From positions 1 to 39,370 of the forward strand of contig WLNQ01000003.1 in NCBI GenBank assembly GCA_009699705.1: 39,370 nt of DNA. The letters run 5' to 3'. This DNA is from Actinomycetota bacterium. Lineage in GTDB: Bacteria; Actinomycetota; Actinomycetes; S36-B12. Below, in pieces: positions 21,543 to 30,251 of this stretch. The first letter of the stretch is position 1; the number at the start of each line of letters is the position of its first letter. Both the position numbers and the translations under genes were made by a program. The notes under the pieces are model-generated. The model did not search any database. It was not told where the DNA came from and saw only the letters and a program-made list of their open reading frames with translations.

Positions 21543-22706
21543 GTGCGCATAGGAATCCTGACTCGAGAATGGCCACCTGAAATCTACGGCGGAGCAGGTG
21601 TTCATGTTGACCAACTCGTACACGAGTTGAAGCGACTCACTCCTGTGTATGTGCACTGCTTCGGCGGTCATCGCACCGATGCAACGGCTCACCCCGTACC
21701 AACCAGCCTGCACGGAGCAAACCCTGCGTTGCAGACGCTGGGTGTTGATCTTGAAATGGCGATGGCTCTGTCTGACGTGGATCTGGTTCATTCGCACACC
21801 TGGTACACAAACTTTGCTGGACACACGGCTTCGTTGTTGTATGGGATTCCCCACGTGATAACCGCACATTCCCTTGAACCCTTGCGCCCTTGGAAAGAAG
21901 AGCAACTTGGCGGCGGGTATCGACTCTCTTCTTGGGTTGAGCGAACTTCCTATGCAGAAGCCAAAGCCGTGATTGCCGTGAGCAATGGCATGCGCAATGA
22001 CGTGCTGAGCGCCTATCCGTTCGTTAATCCAGAACGAGTGCACGTTGTTCATAACGGCATCGACACTTCAATTTACAAACCCAACTCGGCAACCAGCACG
22101 CTTGAAGAGTTCGGGATCAACCCAGATAAGCCTTATGTGCTTTTCGTCGGTCGAATCACTCGACAAAAGGGTCTCGTGCATCTCCTTCGCGCTGCCAAGA
22201 ACTTCGAGGGGGATATTCCGCTCGTGATGTGTGCGTCAGCTGCTGACACCCCCGAAATAGAAGTCGAAACTGCGAATGCGGTTCGAGAACTGCGGGAAGC
22301 TCGCGGGCAAGACAGCGTGATTTGGATTGAGAAACAGGTAGATCGTGCCAAGCTGATTCAACTTTTCTCGCATGCGCGTGCCTTCCTTTGCCCATCAATC
22401 TATGAGCCTTTGGGCATTGTGAATCTAGAAGCTATGGCTTGTGAAACCGCAGTGATTGCTAGTGACGTTGGCGGGATCCCTGAGGTGGTCGCCGATGGCA
22501 CCACCGGCTTACTTGTGCATTACGACGCCCAAGATCACGCGAAATTTGAAACAGATTTCGCCCAAGCTGTGAATTCGCTCGCGGCAGATGGTGCTCGCGC
22601 TGAAGGTATGGGTAAGGCTGGTCGAGCGCGTGCTGTTCAGCATTTCGGCTGGGATGCAATCGCAGAACAAACTCTGATCGTTTACCAATCCGCACTAAGC
22701 GAGTAA
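21543..22706 (+). CDS. glgA: Actinobacterial glycogen synthase / alpha-maltose-1-phosphate synthase (GlgA/GlgM)
   Basis: REWPPEIYGGAGVHV, HSHTWY, HSLEPLRPWKEEQLGGGY, PSIYEPLGIVNLEAMAC; divergent from glgC. Confidence 0.94.
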   Translation: MRIGILTREWPPEIYGGAGVHVDQLVHELKRLTPVYVHCFGGHRTDATAHPVPTSLHGANPALQTLGVDLEMAMALSDVDLVHSHTWYTNFAGHTASLLYGIPHVITAHSLEPLRPWKEEQLGGGYRLSSWVERTSYAEAKAVIAVSNGMRNDVLSAYPFVNPERVHVVHNGIDTSIYKPNSATSTLEEFGINPDKPYVLFVGRITRQKGLVHLLRAAKNFEGDIPLVMCASAADTPEIEVETANAVRELREARGQDSVIWIEKQVDRAKLIQLFSHARAFLCPSIYEPLGIVNLEAMACETAVIASDVGGIPEVVADGTTGLLVHYDAQDHAKFETDFAQAVNSLAADGARAEGMGKAGRARAVQHFGWDAIAEQTLIVYQSALSE

Positions 22707-22719
22707 CCGTCAGTCTCTT

Positions 22720-23571
22720 CTATTTGAATACGACAGTCCGGCGCCCAGCCAGCATGATGCGGTCTTCGGCGAATAACCGGACTGCGCGTGCAAGTACGAG
22801 ACGTTCCACGTCGCGACCAATTTCAGCGAGGTCGTTGGCTGAATGTGCGTGAGTTACACGTTCAACTTCTTGTTCGATGATTGGGCCTTCATCAAGCTGC
22901 GCAGTTACAAAATGTGCTGTGGCACCAATGAGTTTCACGCCACGATCATGGGCTTGGTGATATGGGCGCGCACCCTTGAAGCCAGGAAGAAATGAATGAT
23001 GAATATTGATGATTCGGCCAGAAAGCTTCGAACACAAATCATCAGACAACACCTGCATGTAGCGCGCAAGAATCACGACATCAATGTTGTGCTCTTGAGT
23101 CAGTCGAAGCAATTCCGCTTCCTGCTCAACCTTGGTTTCCGCCGTTACTGGTAAGTACGCATAAGGAATCCCATGGCGCTGAGCGATGCGTTCGCAGTCA
23201 GGATGATTGGACACAATCAGAGGAATCTCAATTGGCAATTCGCCGATCTCGTGGCGGTAAAGCAAATCGATTAAGCAATGGTCGTGCTTGGACACCATGA
23301 TCAATGCCCGGCGTCGATCGCTCTCGCGGCGCAAAGTCATCTCCGGACTAAATTGCGCTACCTGTGCAGTAACAGTTTTTCGCACATCTTCAAGTGCAAG
23401 CGGGGATTCAAACTTGGTGCGCAAACTGAACACACCTGAGTCTTCATCAGTGAACTGGGCTTGTTCCAAAATGTTGCCTTGGACTTCCAAAAGCGAACCG
23501 GTGATGGCATGCACGATGCCCGGCCCGTCGGCGCAGCGCAGGGTCAAGATGTAGTGCTCAATGACGCTCAT
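22720..23571 (-). CDS. purU: Formyltetrahydrofolate deformylase
   Basis: ACT domain C.D.PGIV, LARYMQVLS, INIHHSFLP.FKGA.PY, GATAHFVT..LDEGPII; start at ATG 23571 (TAGATT-N7-ATG). Confidence 0.95.
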   Translation of the reverse strand: MSVIEHYILTLRCADGPGIVHAITGSLLEVQGNILEQAQFTDEDSGVFSLRTKFESPLALEDVRKTVTAQVAQFSPEMTLRRESDRRRALIMVSKHDHCLIDLLYRHEIGELPIEIPLIVSNHPDCERIAQRHGIPYAYLPVTAETKVEQEAELLRLTQEHNIDVVILARYMQVLSDDLCSKLSGRIINIHHSFLPGFKGARPYHQAHDRGVKLIGATAHFVTAQLDEGPIIEQEVERVTHAHSANDLAEIGRDVERLVLARAVRLFAEDRIMLAGRRTVVFK

Positions 23572-23619
23572 CTGACGCAATCTACGAGATCCCCTGACCC
23601 TGCGGGTACCGTGCCCCAA

Positions 23620-24813
23620 ATGAATGGTGTTGTGGTCGTGGGAACTGGCATTGCCGGAGTCCGCGCCGCCGAAGCCCTTCGAGGGTCCGGATATGCCGAA
23701 GAAATTGCCTTTATCTCGCCGGAAACCCCGATTTATCGTCCGTCTGTGTCTAAGGAAGCACTGAAAGCACCGATTGTCGGGCAGGCAGCCATGCCACTCA
23801 AACGCAGTGCAACGGACTTCACGTGGCTCCTTGGACACCGTGTTGAAGCCGCAGATCTGGCCACCCGCTCGCTGCTCGTGCGCACCCCCGAAGGTGAAGA
23901 GGTGACTCGCCACTTTGATGGCCTCGTGATTGCCTCAGGCTTACGTTCCAGGCAGTTAGCTATTCCCGGGCCGACTCTAGGTCGCTTCACTTTGCGCACC
24001 TTGCATGATGCGCAAGAACTTGAACCTCATCTAAAACCAGATGCCCGAATCGTGATTGTGGGATCTGGGTTTATTGGATGTGAAGTTGCCGCTGCCGCGA
24101 TTGCGCGCGGTTGTCAGGTCACGGTGATTTCGCCCGAGACCACGCCGTTGGCGAGCGCAATAGGTCTCGAACTTGGCGAACGGATCGCAGCGAAACATCG
24201 AGCTGAAGGCGTGAGTTTCATTTTGGATGCGTCCGTTGTTGAATTCCTGGGCGCAGAATCAGGTCAAGGGTCGGTCACTGGCTTGCTGCTGGACGACGGA
24301 ACACGCATCGAAGCCGACGTGGTCATTGAGGCAGTGGGTTCGCGCGCTAACACCGAATGGCTCGACGATAACAACCTTGATCTCGTGAACGGAGTGCTCA
24401 CCGACGGATTCTTAAGGGCGGTCGGCACTGACCAACCTGTCGTGGTCTGTGGCGACATTGCAAGGCATCCCAACGCGTTATTTGGTCCAGAGGTCCGACG
24501 TATCGAGCATTGGACTGCTGCGGGAGAGATGGGTACCTACGCTGGCAAAGTGATGGGCCAACTCCTGACCGGTACCGAAATTAGCCTTGCGCCCTTCGCC
24601 AATGTGCCCGGGTTTTGGTCAGATCAATATGACCTACAAATTCAATCCTTTGGCATCCCAAGTATGGGTAGCGAGGTTGTAATTATCGATAGCGATGCTG
24701 ACGGCAACTGCATTGCTGAGTACCGAGACGCATCTGGGCTGGTTGGAGTCGTCGGGATCAATCGAACAAGTGAAATTGCCTACTATCGAAAGCTCCTCAA
24801 CTCGCGCATCTAG
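23620..24813 (+). CDS. NAD(P)/FAD-dependent ferredoxin reductase-type oxidoreductase
   Basis: GTGIAG, Y.RP..SK, GSGFIGCE, GDIA, RIEHW, VPGFWSDQY; start ATG 23620 (TACCGT-N7-ATG). Confidence 0.9.
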   Translation: MNGVVVVGTGIAGVRAAEALRGSGYAEEIAFISPETPIYRPSVSKEALKAPIVGQAAMPLKRSATDFTWLLGHRVEAADLATRSLLVRTPEGEEVTRHFDGLVIASGLRSRQLAIPGPTLGRFTLRTLHDAQELEPHLKPDARIVIVGSGFIGCEVAAAAIARGCQVTVISPETTPLASAIGLELGERIAAKHRAEGVSFILDASVVEFLGAESGQGSVTGLLLDDGTRIEADVVIEAVGSRANTEWLDDNNLDLVNGVLTDGFLRAVGTDQPVVVCGDIARHPNALFGPEVRRIEHWTAAGEMGTYAGKVMGQLLTGTEISLAPFANVPGFWSDQYDLQIQSFGIPSMGSEVVIIDSDADGNCIAEYRDASGLVGVVGINRTSEIAYYRKLLNSRI

Positions 24814-24835
24814 CGAATCGGACTAGTGTGACCAA

Positions 24836-26359
24836 ATGCCCGCTAATGCTGATCGTGTCTTTGGAGAAGGCGTTGCCTTTCCCGTTGGCGGAGACGGCAG
24901 AAGTTCATCCCTAGCCACGGGCCGGGCCATTTTTGCGGACAGCATCCGCGAAATAGCCCCAGCCATCGCGGCTCATATTGAACACACCGATGATTGGCGT
25001 CACGGGTATCTCAAGCCAGTTCGTGATTCCGTTCTTGCCATCGCCCAGCAACCCAATCAAGTGGTGCCAACTGCTCAAGCTGGGTTGGATTCAACGCATC
25101 GTCGCTTCCAATTCACCCGCAATGGTCGAACCATGACTTTCGATGAGGCTCTAGCAGAGTCGACTTCACCGGCCACGGCAGTCATTCGCGGGCACGCACC
25201 GGGTGAGACTGGCTTCTCTGTTCCTTATCGAGGCCAACGACTCTTCACTGACGACCTGCGTCGCCAACTTGACCTTTGGGTAGCTGAAGGGGTTGCTGAG
25301 CCGGACTTCGCAACTGCCTTGCACTGTGTTTTGGACAACCCTGACTGGCTCGACCTCAGCGACCTTCATATTGCGGTGCTCGGCGCTGGTGCAGAGATGG
25401 CACCGACTCGGTCATTGCTGCGGTGGGGTGCAAGCGTTCACGCAATTGACCTGCCTAATCCTGCGACTTGGCAACGACTTATCGGGATCGCCCGTGCAAC
25501 ATCTGGGCGTTTGTATATCCCGATCGCTGATGGTGAGTCGGAAATGCCCGTCGTTCATCCTGACGAGGATGAGGTCGTCGCCGAACTCGCAGGCATTGAT
25601 CTTGTTCGGCACACACCGGAGATTTTGAAGTGGCTCACACGCATTCAAGAACCACTCACCCTAGGCTCCTACGCCTACGCTGACGGCGCCAAACACGTGC
25701 AGTTGAGCGTTGCAACTGACCTCATCGTGCAACACCTCATGGCAACAAACCCCGCGTTTTCACTCGCATATCTGGCAACACCCGCAGATGTTTATCTGGT
25801 GCCGGATGCAGCCGTAGTGGAATCTCGAAGGCGCTGGAAAGCCCGTGGCGTGACCTCAGTCTTACAAGTGCCATTGCGCGCTGTGAAGAAATTCAAACCT
25901 AACTATTCAGTGATAACGGCTCACGTCGATGAAACGCATGGGCTCAACGATTCACTCATCGAGCAGCAGGGCCCCAACTATGCGTTGGCCAAACACATCC
26001 AAGGTTGGCGAGCCCTTGTCGCTCGAGATGCCGGAATCGCAACTTCCATAAACATTGCTCCGATGACCCGAACGCAATCGGTGATCAAGAATCGTGCGCT
26101 CAAAGCTGGTTACAGCGGTGCTGCAAGATTTGGCATTGAAGTTTTTGATCCTGCTACCTCAACGGCTCTGATGGCTGGACTGCTGGTGCACGACTTACGC
26201 AACCCAAATTCCAAGGCTAAGCCGACCACCGCCTTAGCCCATCCATTGGAACTATTGTCAAACAACGCCATCCATGGCGGGCTCTGGCGAACGGCATACG
26301 CGCCTCGATCTGTACTGACTTTTGCCGCCATGCTGGGCCTATTTGAGTCACGGCACTAG
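24836..26359 (+). CDS. Uncharacterised 507-aa protein with SDR/Rossmann-like motifs
   Basis: VLGAGAEMAP, PNYALAK (YxxxK), NIAP..T; TAGTGT-N6-ATG start. Confidence 0.7.
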   Translation: MPANADRVFGEGVAFPVGGDGRSSSLATGRAIFADSIREIAPAIAAHIEHTDDWRHGYLKPVRDSVLAIAQQPNQVVPTAQAGLDSTHRRFQFTRNGRTMTFDEALAESTSPATAVIRGHAPGETGFSVPYRGQRLFTDDLRRQLDLWVAEGVAEPDFATALHCVLDNPDWLDLSDLHIAVLGAGAEMAPTRSLLRWGASVHAIDLPNPATWQRLIGIARATSGRLYIPIADGESEMPVVHPDEDEVVAELAGIDLVRHTPEILKWLTRIQEPLTLGSYAYADGAKHVQLSVATDLIVQHLMATNPAFSLAYLATPADVYLVPDAAVVESRRRWKARGVTSVLQVPLRAVKKFKPNYSVITAHVDETHGLNDSLIEQQGPNYALAKHIQGWRALVARDAGIATSINIAPMTRTQSVIKNRALKAGYSGAARFGIEVFDPATSTALMAGLLVHDLRNPNSKAKPTTALAHPLELLSNNAIHGGLWRTAYAPRSVLTFAAMLGLFESRH

Positions 26360-26361
26360 CC

Positions 26362-26412
26362 CCGGACATGCGAAGACCCGTGCGGCTGGGGGACAATCGC
26401 ATGGGTCTTGCC
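26362..26412 (-). ncRNA. Candidate small RNA: single hairpin with C-rich loop
   Basis: 12-bp stem (26373-26384 with 26398-26409) with a minus-strand loop containing GUCCCCCAG; upstream GTGACA-N17-CACACT promoter; TTCGCATGT tail. Confidence 0.5.
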
Positions 26413-26477
26413 CGATTAGTGTGCATGCTCAGTGAACTTTTGTCACGCCTTTTCATGGTGAAAGATAGAATCACTTA

Positions 26478-27617
26478 ATGACTGGTCGAGAAAAAGGGAA
26501 TGCAGCCAATCTCCAGCCCGGGCAAATCTTGCTTCACATCGGGGTTCACAAGACCGGAACCACTGCGATTCAAGATGCCCTCGCGCACGCGCGCCCAGAA
26601 CTTCACGAATGGAATGTGCAGTACCCAGGCACTGCTCAGGCCCACCGAAATCTGGCCTCCAGCGCCATGGATCGACGCCTTGGTTGGAAGGTCGGCGGCG
26701 CCGCAGCCCCAGACCCCTCACTGTGGGAGAACTTCGTAAAAAGCGCCCACAAGTTCCCGGGTATAACCGTGTGTTCAAGTGAATTCTTCGCCGAGTCTGA
26801 CGATGCTAAGGCGCGCGAAATCATTGAGCGAATAGGCAAAGAGAATGTCCACATCGTCGTTACTTTGAGAAACTTTGGCCAGATTCTCCCGTCGGCATGG
26901 CAGCAAATTTTGAAGTCCGGTTATGAGAATGGGTACATCCACTGGTTGAACAACGTGTTGAACGCTGGCGAAAAAGAGCCTAAGTCGGAAGTTTTCTGGA
27001 CCCGCCATCGCCATGACATCGTGGTTGAGCGTTGGGCCAAAATTGTTGGAAGTGACCGAGTCACCGTAGTTGTTGTCGACGATGCAAATCGCGATGGCAT
27101 CTATACGGATTTCGAACTCCTACTTGGCCTCCCTAAGAACTCCCTACTCAAGCATCGAACACACAGCCTCAATCGCTCTATGACCGCAGCTGAAAGTGAA
27201 CTACTGCGCTGCCTAAACGAAGCTGTTGGTGGCAGCAAAGGCTGGCGGCCCTATGGCAATGCGGTGCACGATGGATTGATCAAGGGCATGGTTGAAGGGC
27301 GAACTCCAGATGCCGGGGAAGCAAAACTCCAAACACCTCAATGGGCTTTAGACATGGCGGCACGATATGCGGCCACGTATGTCGACGCGATCAAGGCGTC
27401 CGGAGTCAACGTGGTGGGCAATCTTGAAGTGCTCGGTACTCGATTGGAAGGTCCCGAAGAGGTCAAAGACCGCGCTATCGAGGAAATACCTGTGAATGCT
27501 GCCGTTGCCGCAATCCTTGGAGCCATGAGCGACGTCTTCGTTCCACCTCGGCCTACCAGGATGACTCAAGCTCGCTCGAAGGCTGCAAGACTCCGCCGAG
27601 CTATCACCCGCAAATAA
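26478..27617 (+). CDS. Sulfotransferase-like P-loop protein
   Basis: LHIGVHKTGTTAIQ (5'-PSB-like), SSEFF, LR......PSAWQQ (3'-PB-like), NRS; TAGAAT-N6-ATG start. Confidence 0.75.
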   Translation: MTGREKGNAANLQPGQILLHIGVHKTGTTAIQDALAHARPELHEWNVQYPGTAQAHRNLASSAMDRRLGWKVGGAAAPDPSLWENFVKSAHKFPGITVCSSEFFAESDDAKAREIIERIGKENVHIVVTLRNFGQILPSAWQQILKSGYENGYIHWLNNVLNAGEKEPKSEVFWTRHRHDIVVERWAKIVGSDRVTVVVVDDANRDGIYTDFELLLGLPKNSLLKHRTHSLNRSMTAAESELLRCLNEAVGGSKGWRPYGNAVHDGLIKGMVEGRTPDAGEAKLQTPQWALDMAARYAATYVDAIKASGVNVVGNLEVLGTRLEGPEEVKDRAIEEIPVNAAVAAILGAMSDVFVPPRPTRMTQARSKAARLRRAITRK

Positions 27618-27665
27618 CTGAGCGAAGTAACAGTTGTGGAGCACCAAGTGCCACGTTGAATGTCT

Positions 27666-27740
27666 TGGTGGGACGCCGGGGGCTCGAACCCCGAACCTAC
27701 GGATTAAAAGTCCGCAGCTCTACCATTGAGCTAGCATCCC
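27666..27740 (-). tRNA. tRNA-Lys(UUU)
   Basis: GGGATGCTAGCTCAATGGTAGAGC...GACTTTTAATC...GGTTCGAGCCC...GCGTCCCACCA; anticodon TTT; CCA encoded. Confidence 0.97.
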
Positions 27741-27773
27741 AAAGAAAAAATCCCCTCAAAATGTTGAGGCGAT
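27741..27773 (-). terminator. Terminator-like hairpin plus U-tract in the tRNA-Lys leader
   Basis: Minus strand ATCGCCTCAA-CATT-TTGAGGGGAT, then TTTTTCTTT, then tRNA base 1. Confidence 0.4.
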
Positions 27774-27994
27774 CACATTCTCGAGGTCCAAGGCTATCGG
27801 TCGCCCGATTCGCTGGCACTAGCCCATTGCTTCAACAGCCAAATCACCCGCACGAGATGCCATGAAACCTTGGCAAATCCTCAGTCATCCGCATTATGAC
27901 TTCATTTAACGATCATCGCGTTGACTCCCAAAGAAGCGCTGGCCCAAAATAAATACGTACCAGATTCGGTGCCAACAAGACTCGGAGCGCGTTC

Positions 27995-28906
27995 GTGACC
28001 ACGGAATCAGAAACGAATCTCAATGGCGTTCCCGGCCAGGAGCAGGCCTCGCCTCACGAGCAGGCCTCGCCTACGGGACTTGAAAGAAGGCGCGGGCTTA
28101 CGGGCACTCGCGCAAACGGTCACTTAGCCTTGCTCCGCTTTCTCATGACGCGCCCCACGTGTGATCGGATTGCCCAATACGCAGTCGTGAAAATGATGGG
28201 TAAATACGGGTGTCGGGCCGCCTCTATAAGTTTGTTCGACATATCTGGAGCACTACACGTTGTCGGCTCCTACGGGGTGCCTCATCAAAGTTTGGCACCA
28301 TACGAAAGCCTTTCACTTTGGGACAGTTCTCCCATGAGCGACGCAGTGATCACTGGTGAACCGATAATCATGCTGACTGCTGATGAAGTGCGTAATGCCT
28401 ATCCCTGGCTCGGTCCCCAATCTGATTTACCTTACGAGCCGATGGTGGTCTGGCCGCTGGCTTTGCCGCATGAGACTGTCGGTGCTGTCCAATTCATCCT
28501 CGCTGAAGAGCCTGTTGACCTTAACTCCATCCGGACTCAAGCCACGGTGATCGCTACCTCCCTTGCCCTGTATTTGAGCCTGCTTGGCGCAACGGGTTCA
28601 CTCGACAATCAGCTTGTGTTTCAAAATGCTGATCATGACGCAACTCTTCCTGCGGACACCGGCCTGCAATTCCCCCAGGTGATTAGTGGTTTTCATCCGA
28701 ACTCAAAACAGCAGTCATTAACGGCTCGTCAAATCTCTGTTCTCAAACTGATTGCTGAAGGCCATACCAATGCTGATATTGCCGACGAAATCGGATTTAG
28801 CGTTTCAACTGTGCGGCACGAAACGATGGCGCTCTACAGATTCTTTGGTGTGGGCGGTCGCGAGGGCGCGGTGCGCGTGGCCAAAGCTCGAGGGATTCTG
28901 CATTAA
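27995..28906 (+). CDS. GAF-domain LuxR-family transcriptional regulator
   Basis: GAF-like N-half (SPMSDAVITGEP, WPL....TVGA); LTARQISVLKLIAEGHTNADIADEIGFSVSTV LuxR HTH; GGAG RBS. Confidence 0.87.
   Translation: MTTESETNLNGVPGQEQASPHEQASPTGLERRRGLTGTRANGHLALLRFLMTRPTCDRIAQYAVVKMMGKYGCRAASISLFDISGALHVVGSYGVPHQSLAPYESLSLWDSSPMSDAVITGEPIIMLTADEVRNAYPWLGPQSDLPYEPMVVWPLALPHETVGAVQFILAEEPVDLNSIRTQATVIATSLALYLSLLGATGSLDNQLVFQNADHDATLPADTGLQFPQVISGFHPNSKQQSLTARQISVLKLIAEGHTNADIADEIGFSVSTVRHETMALYRFFGVGGREGAVRVAKARGILH
28040..28072 (+). repeat. In-frame duplication, 15-nt unit at 18-nt period
   Basis: GAGCAGGCCTCGCCT at 28040 and 28058 (EQASP twice). Confidence 0.85.
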
Positions 28907-29058
28907 TTCCTTAGCCTGTCAATTAACAAATATGACCGCGGACATGAATGGTCCAGTGTCTGTCATTGTCGTCTAACGACCATGTTCACCTTGCATAGCA
29001 ACATCTTTTCTTTAGAGAGTTAGCGAGTAAGCAACGACTCAACTACAAGGGAGATCTC

Positions 29059-30228
29059 ATGCCCAATGAAATAATTAGTTACGACTCCCCGCATTCCCCG
29101 AAGAAAGGCCTTTCTCGCAAGGCTGGCATGACGGCAGTGTTGGGGTTTGCGATGGCAACGAGTGCCTTCGCATTTACTACTACCTCGGCCAGCGCGAGCG
29201 ACAATAATGGCCCACAATGGTCAGGAAGTAGCAACATCCAGTCATCGTCCAGTTGCCACAAAGTCGATGGTAAAAACGACGGGACTTGGGATATCGAGTG
29301 GACAGTTGTAAACGGCTGGAGCACGCCAGCAACTTCTCAAAATTCAACCCCATCAGGTGTCGTGCCCGATGCAACAGTTTTTGGGGGACCCAATCTGGAT
29401 GGCAGAACTCAGAAGTTCACACAGAATGTTCCAGGGGGAATAGACAAGCATTACCCGCTTTCTGTCGAGCTTAAAGCCACCCTGACTCCGCAAGATTCTG
29501 TCAAAAACGACTCCGTTCAGAACAATTATGTTAAGAAATTAAGCGGAGAGGAACATATCGACGATACTTGCCCTACGCCTGTCCAGGCCGTCACCTTGAC
29601 CTGCTCGGCTGGTTTGTCAATCAATCTGAGTAACTACCCAAGTAACGTCTCAGTTGGGAAGAAGCCCCCTGTGATAAATAGCGTGTCCGCTACTATCGAT
29701 GGCAAAGATTGGCCGCTACCTAACACCCCCAATGCTCCCAATGATTTTGGAGTTGCTTTCGGCCCTTACTCGACTGGACAATTGACACCTCAATATGGCA
29801 GTCACAGCGCTACGGTGACAGTCAAATCGACAGACAGTCATGATGAATATTCATTCGTTCGTCAGCTTTCAATTGATTGCCCAGCTCCTGTGACCAACAC
29901 CGTCACCGTTCCTGGTGCAAATACAACTACAACAGTTACCGTTCCTGGACCAACCGTCACGGTTTCTGCATCACCTGCACCAACGGTGACTGCAGTTCCA
30001 ATCGCAATTGTTCCAGCACCTGCTACATCACCAATTGCAGAGCCAGTACCAATTTCTCTCACTCCAGAAGCAGGTACAGCTCCAACATCAGTGAACGCCG
30101 GTGGCGGCTCATCCGCACCTGATTCAACTCTGCCATTGTGGGCAGTTGCGCTTCTTGCAACTGGTGCACTCGGAGCAGCAGGAGCAGGCGCTCGCCTTGC
30201 TACTTCTCGCAAGGACTCACAGGAATAG
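29059..30228 (+). CDS. Secreted cell-surface protein, probable class F sortase substrate
   Basis: Sec signal ending ASA, four Cys, Pro/Thr/Val stalk, PTSVNAGGG + hydrophobic helix + RK tail; AAGGGAG RBS; 23 nt upstream of the sortase. Confidence 0.8.
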   Translation: MPNEIISYDSPHSPKKGLSRKAGMTAVLGFAMATSAFAFTTTSASASDNNGPQWSGSSNIQSSSSCHKVDGKNDGTWDIEWTVVNGWSTPATSQNSTPSGVVPDATVFGGPNLDGRTQKFTQNVPGGIDKHYPLSVELKATLTPQDSVKNDSVQNNYVKKLSGEEHIDDTCPTPVQAVTLTCSAGLSINLSNYPSNVSVGKKPPVINSVSATIDGKDWPLPNTPNAPNDFGVAFGPYSTGQLTPQYGSHSATVTVKSTDSHDEYSFVRQLSIDCPAPVTNTVTVPGANTTTTVTVPGPTVTVSASPAPTVTAVPIAIVPAPATSPIAEPVPISLTPEAGTAPTSVNAGGGSSAPDSTLPLWAVALLATGALGAAGAGARLATSRKDSQE

Positions 30229-30251
30229 AAACCCCATCTAGGTAAAACACC

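Noticed and set aside
23461-23913. Apparent long head-to-head overlap of purU and the reductase
   Set aside because: Longest-ORF artefact; starts at 23571 and 23620 each have a -10 box and leave a 48-nt spacer
26431-26447. GTGA-N7-TCAC as a CRP/GlxR site
   Set aside because: Spacer is 7 nt rather than the required 6
26217-26474. 85-aa minus-strand ORF through the hairpin
   Set aside because: Overlaps the 3' end of the 24836 gene, has no protein features, and the internal promoter plus hairpin fit an RNA better
27618-27740. Integrative element or prophage at tRNA-Lys
   Set aside because: No integrase and no duplicated tRNA 3' end found by eye in the window
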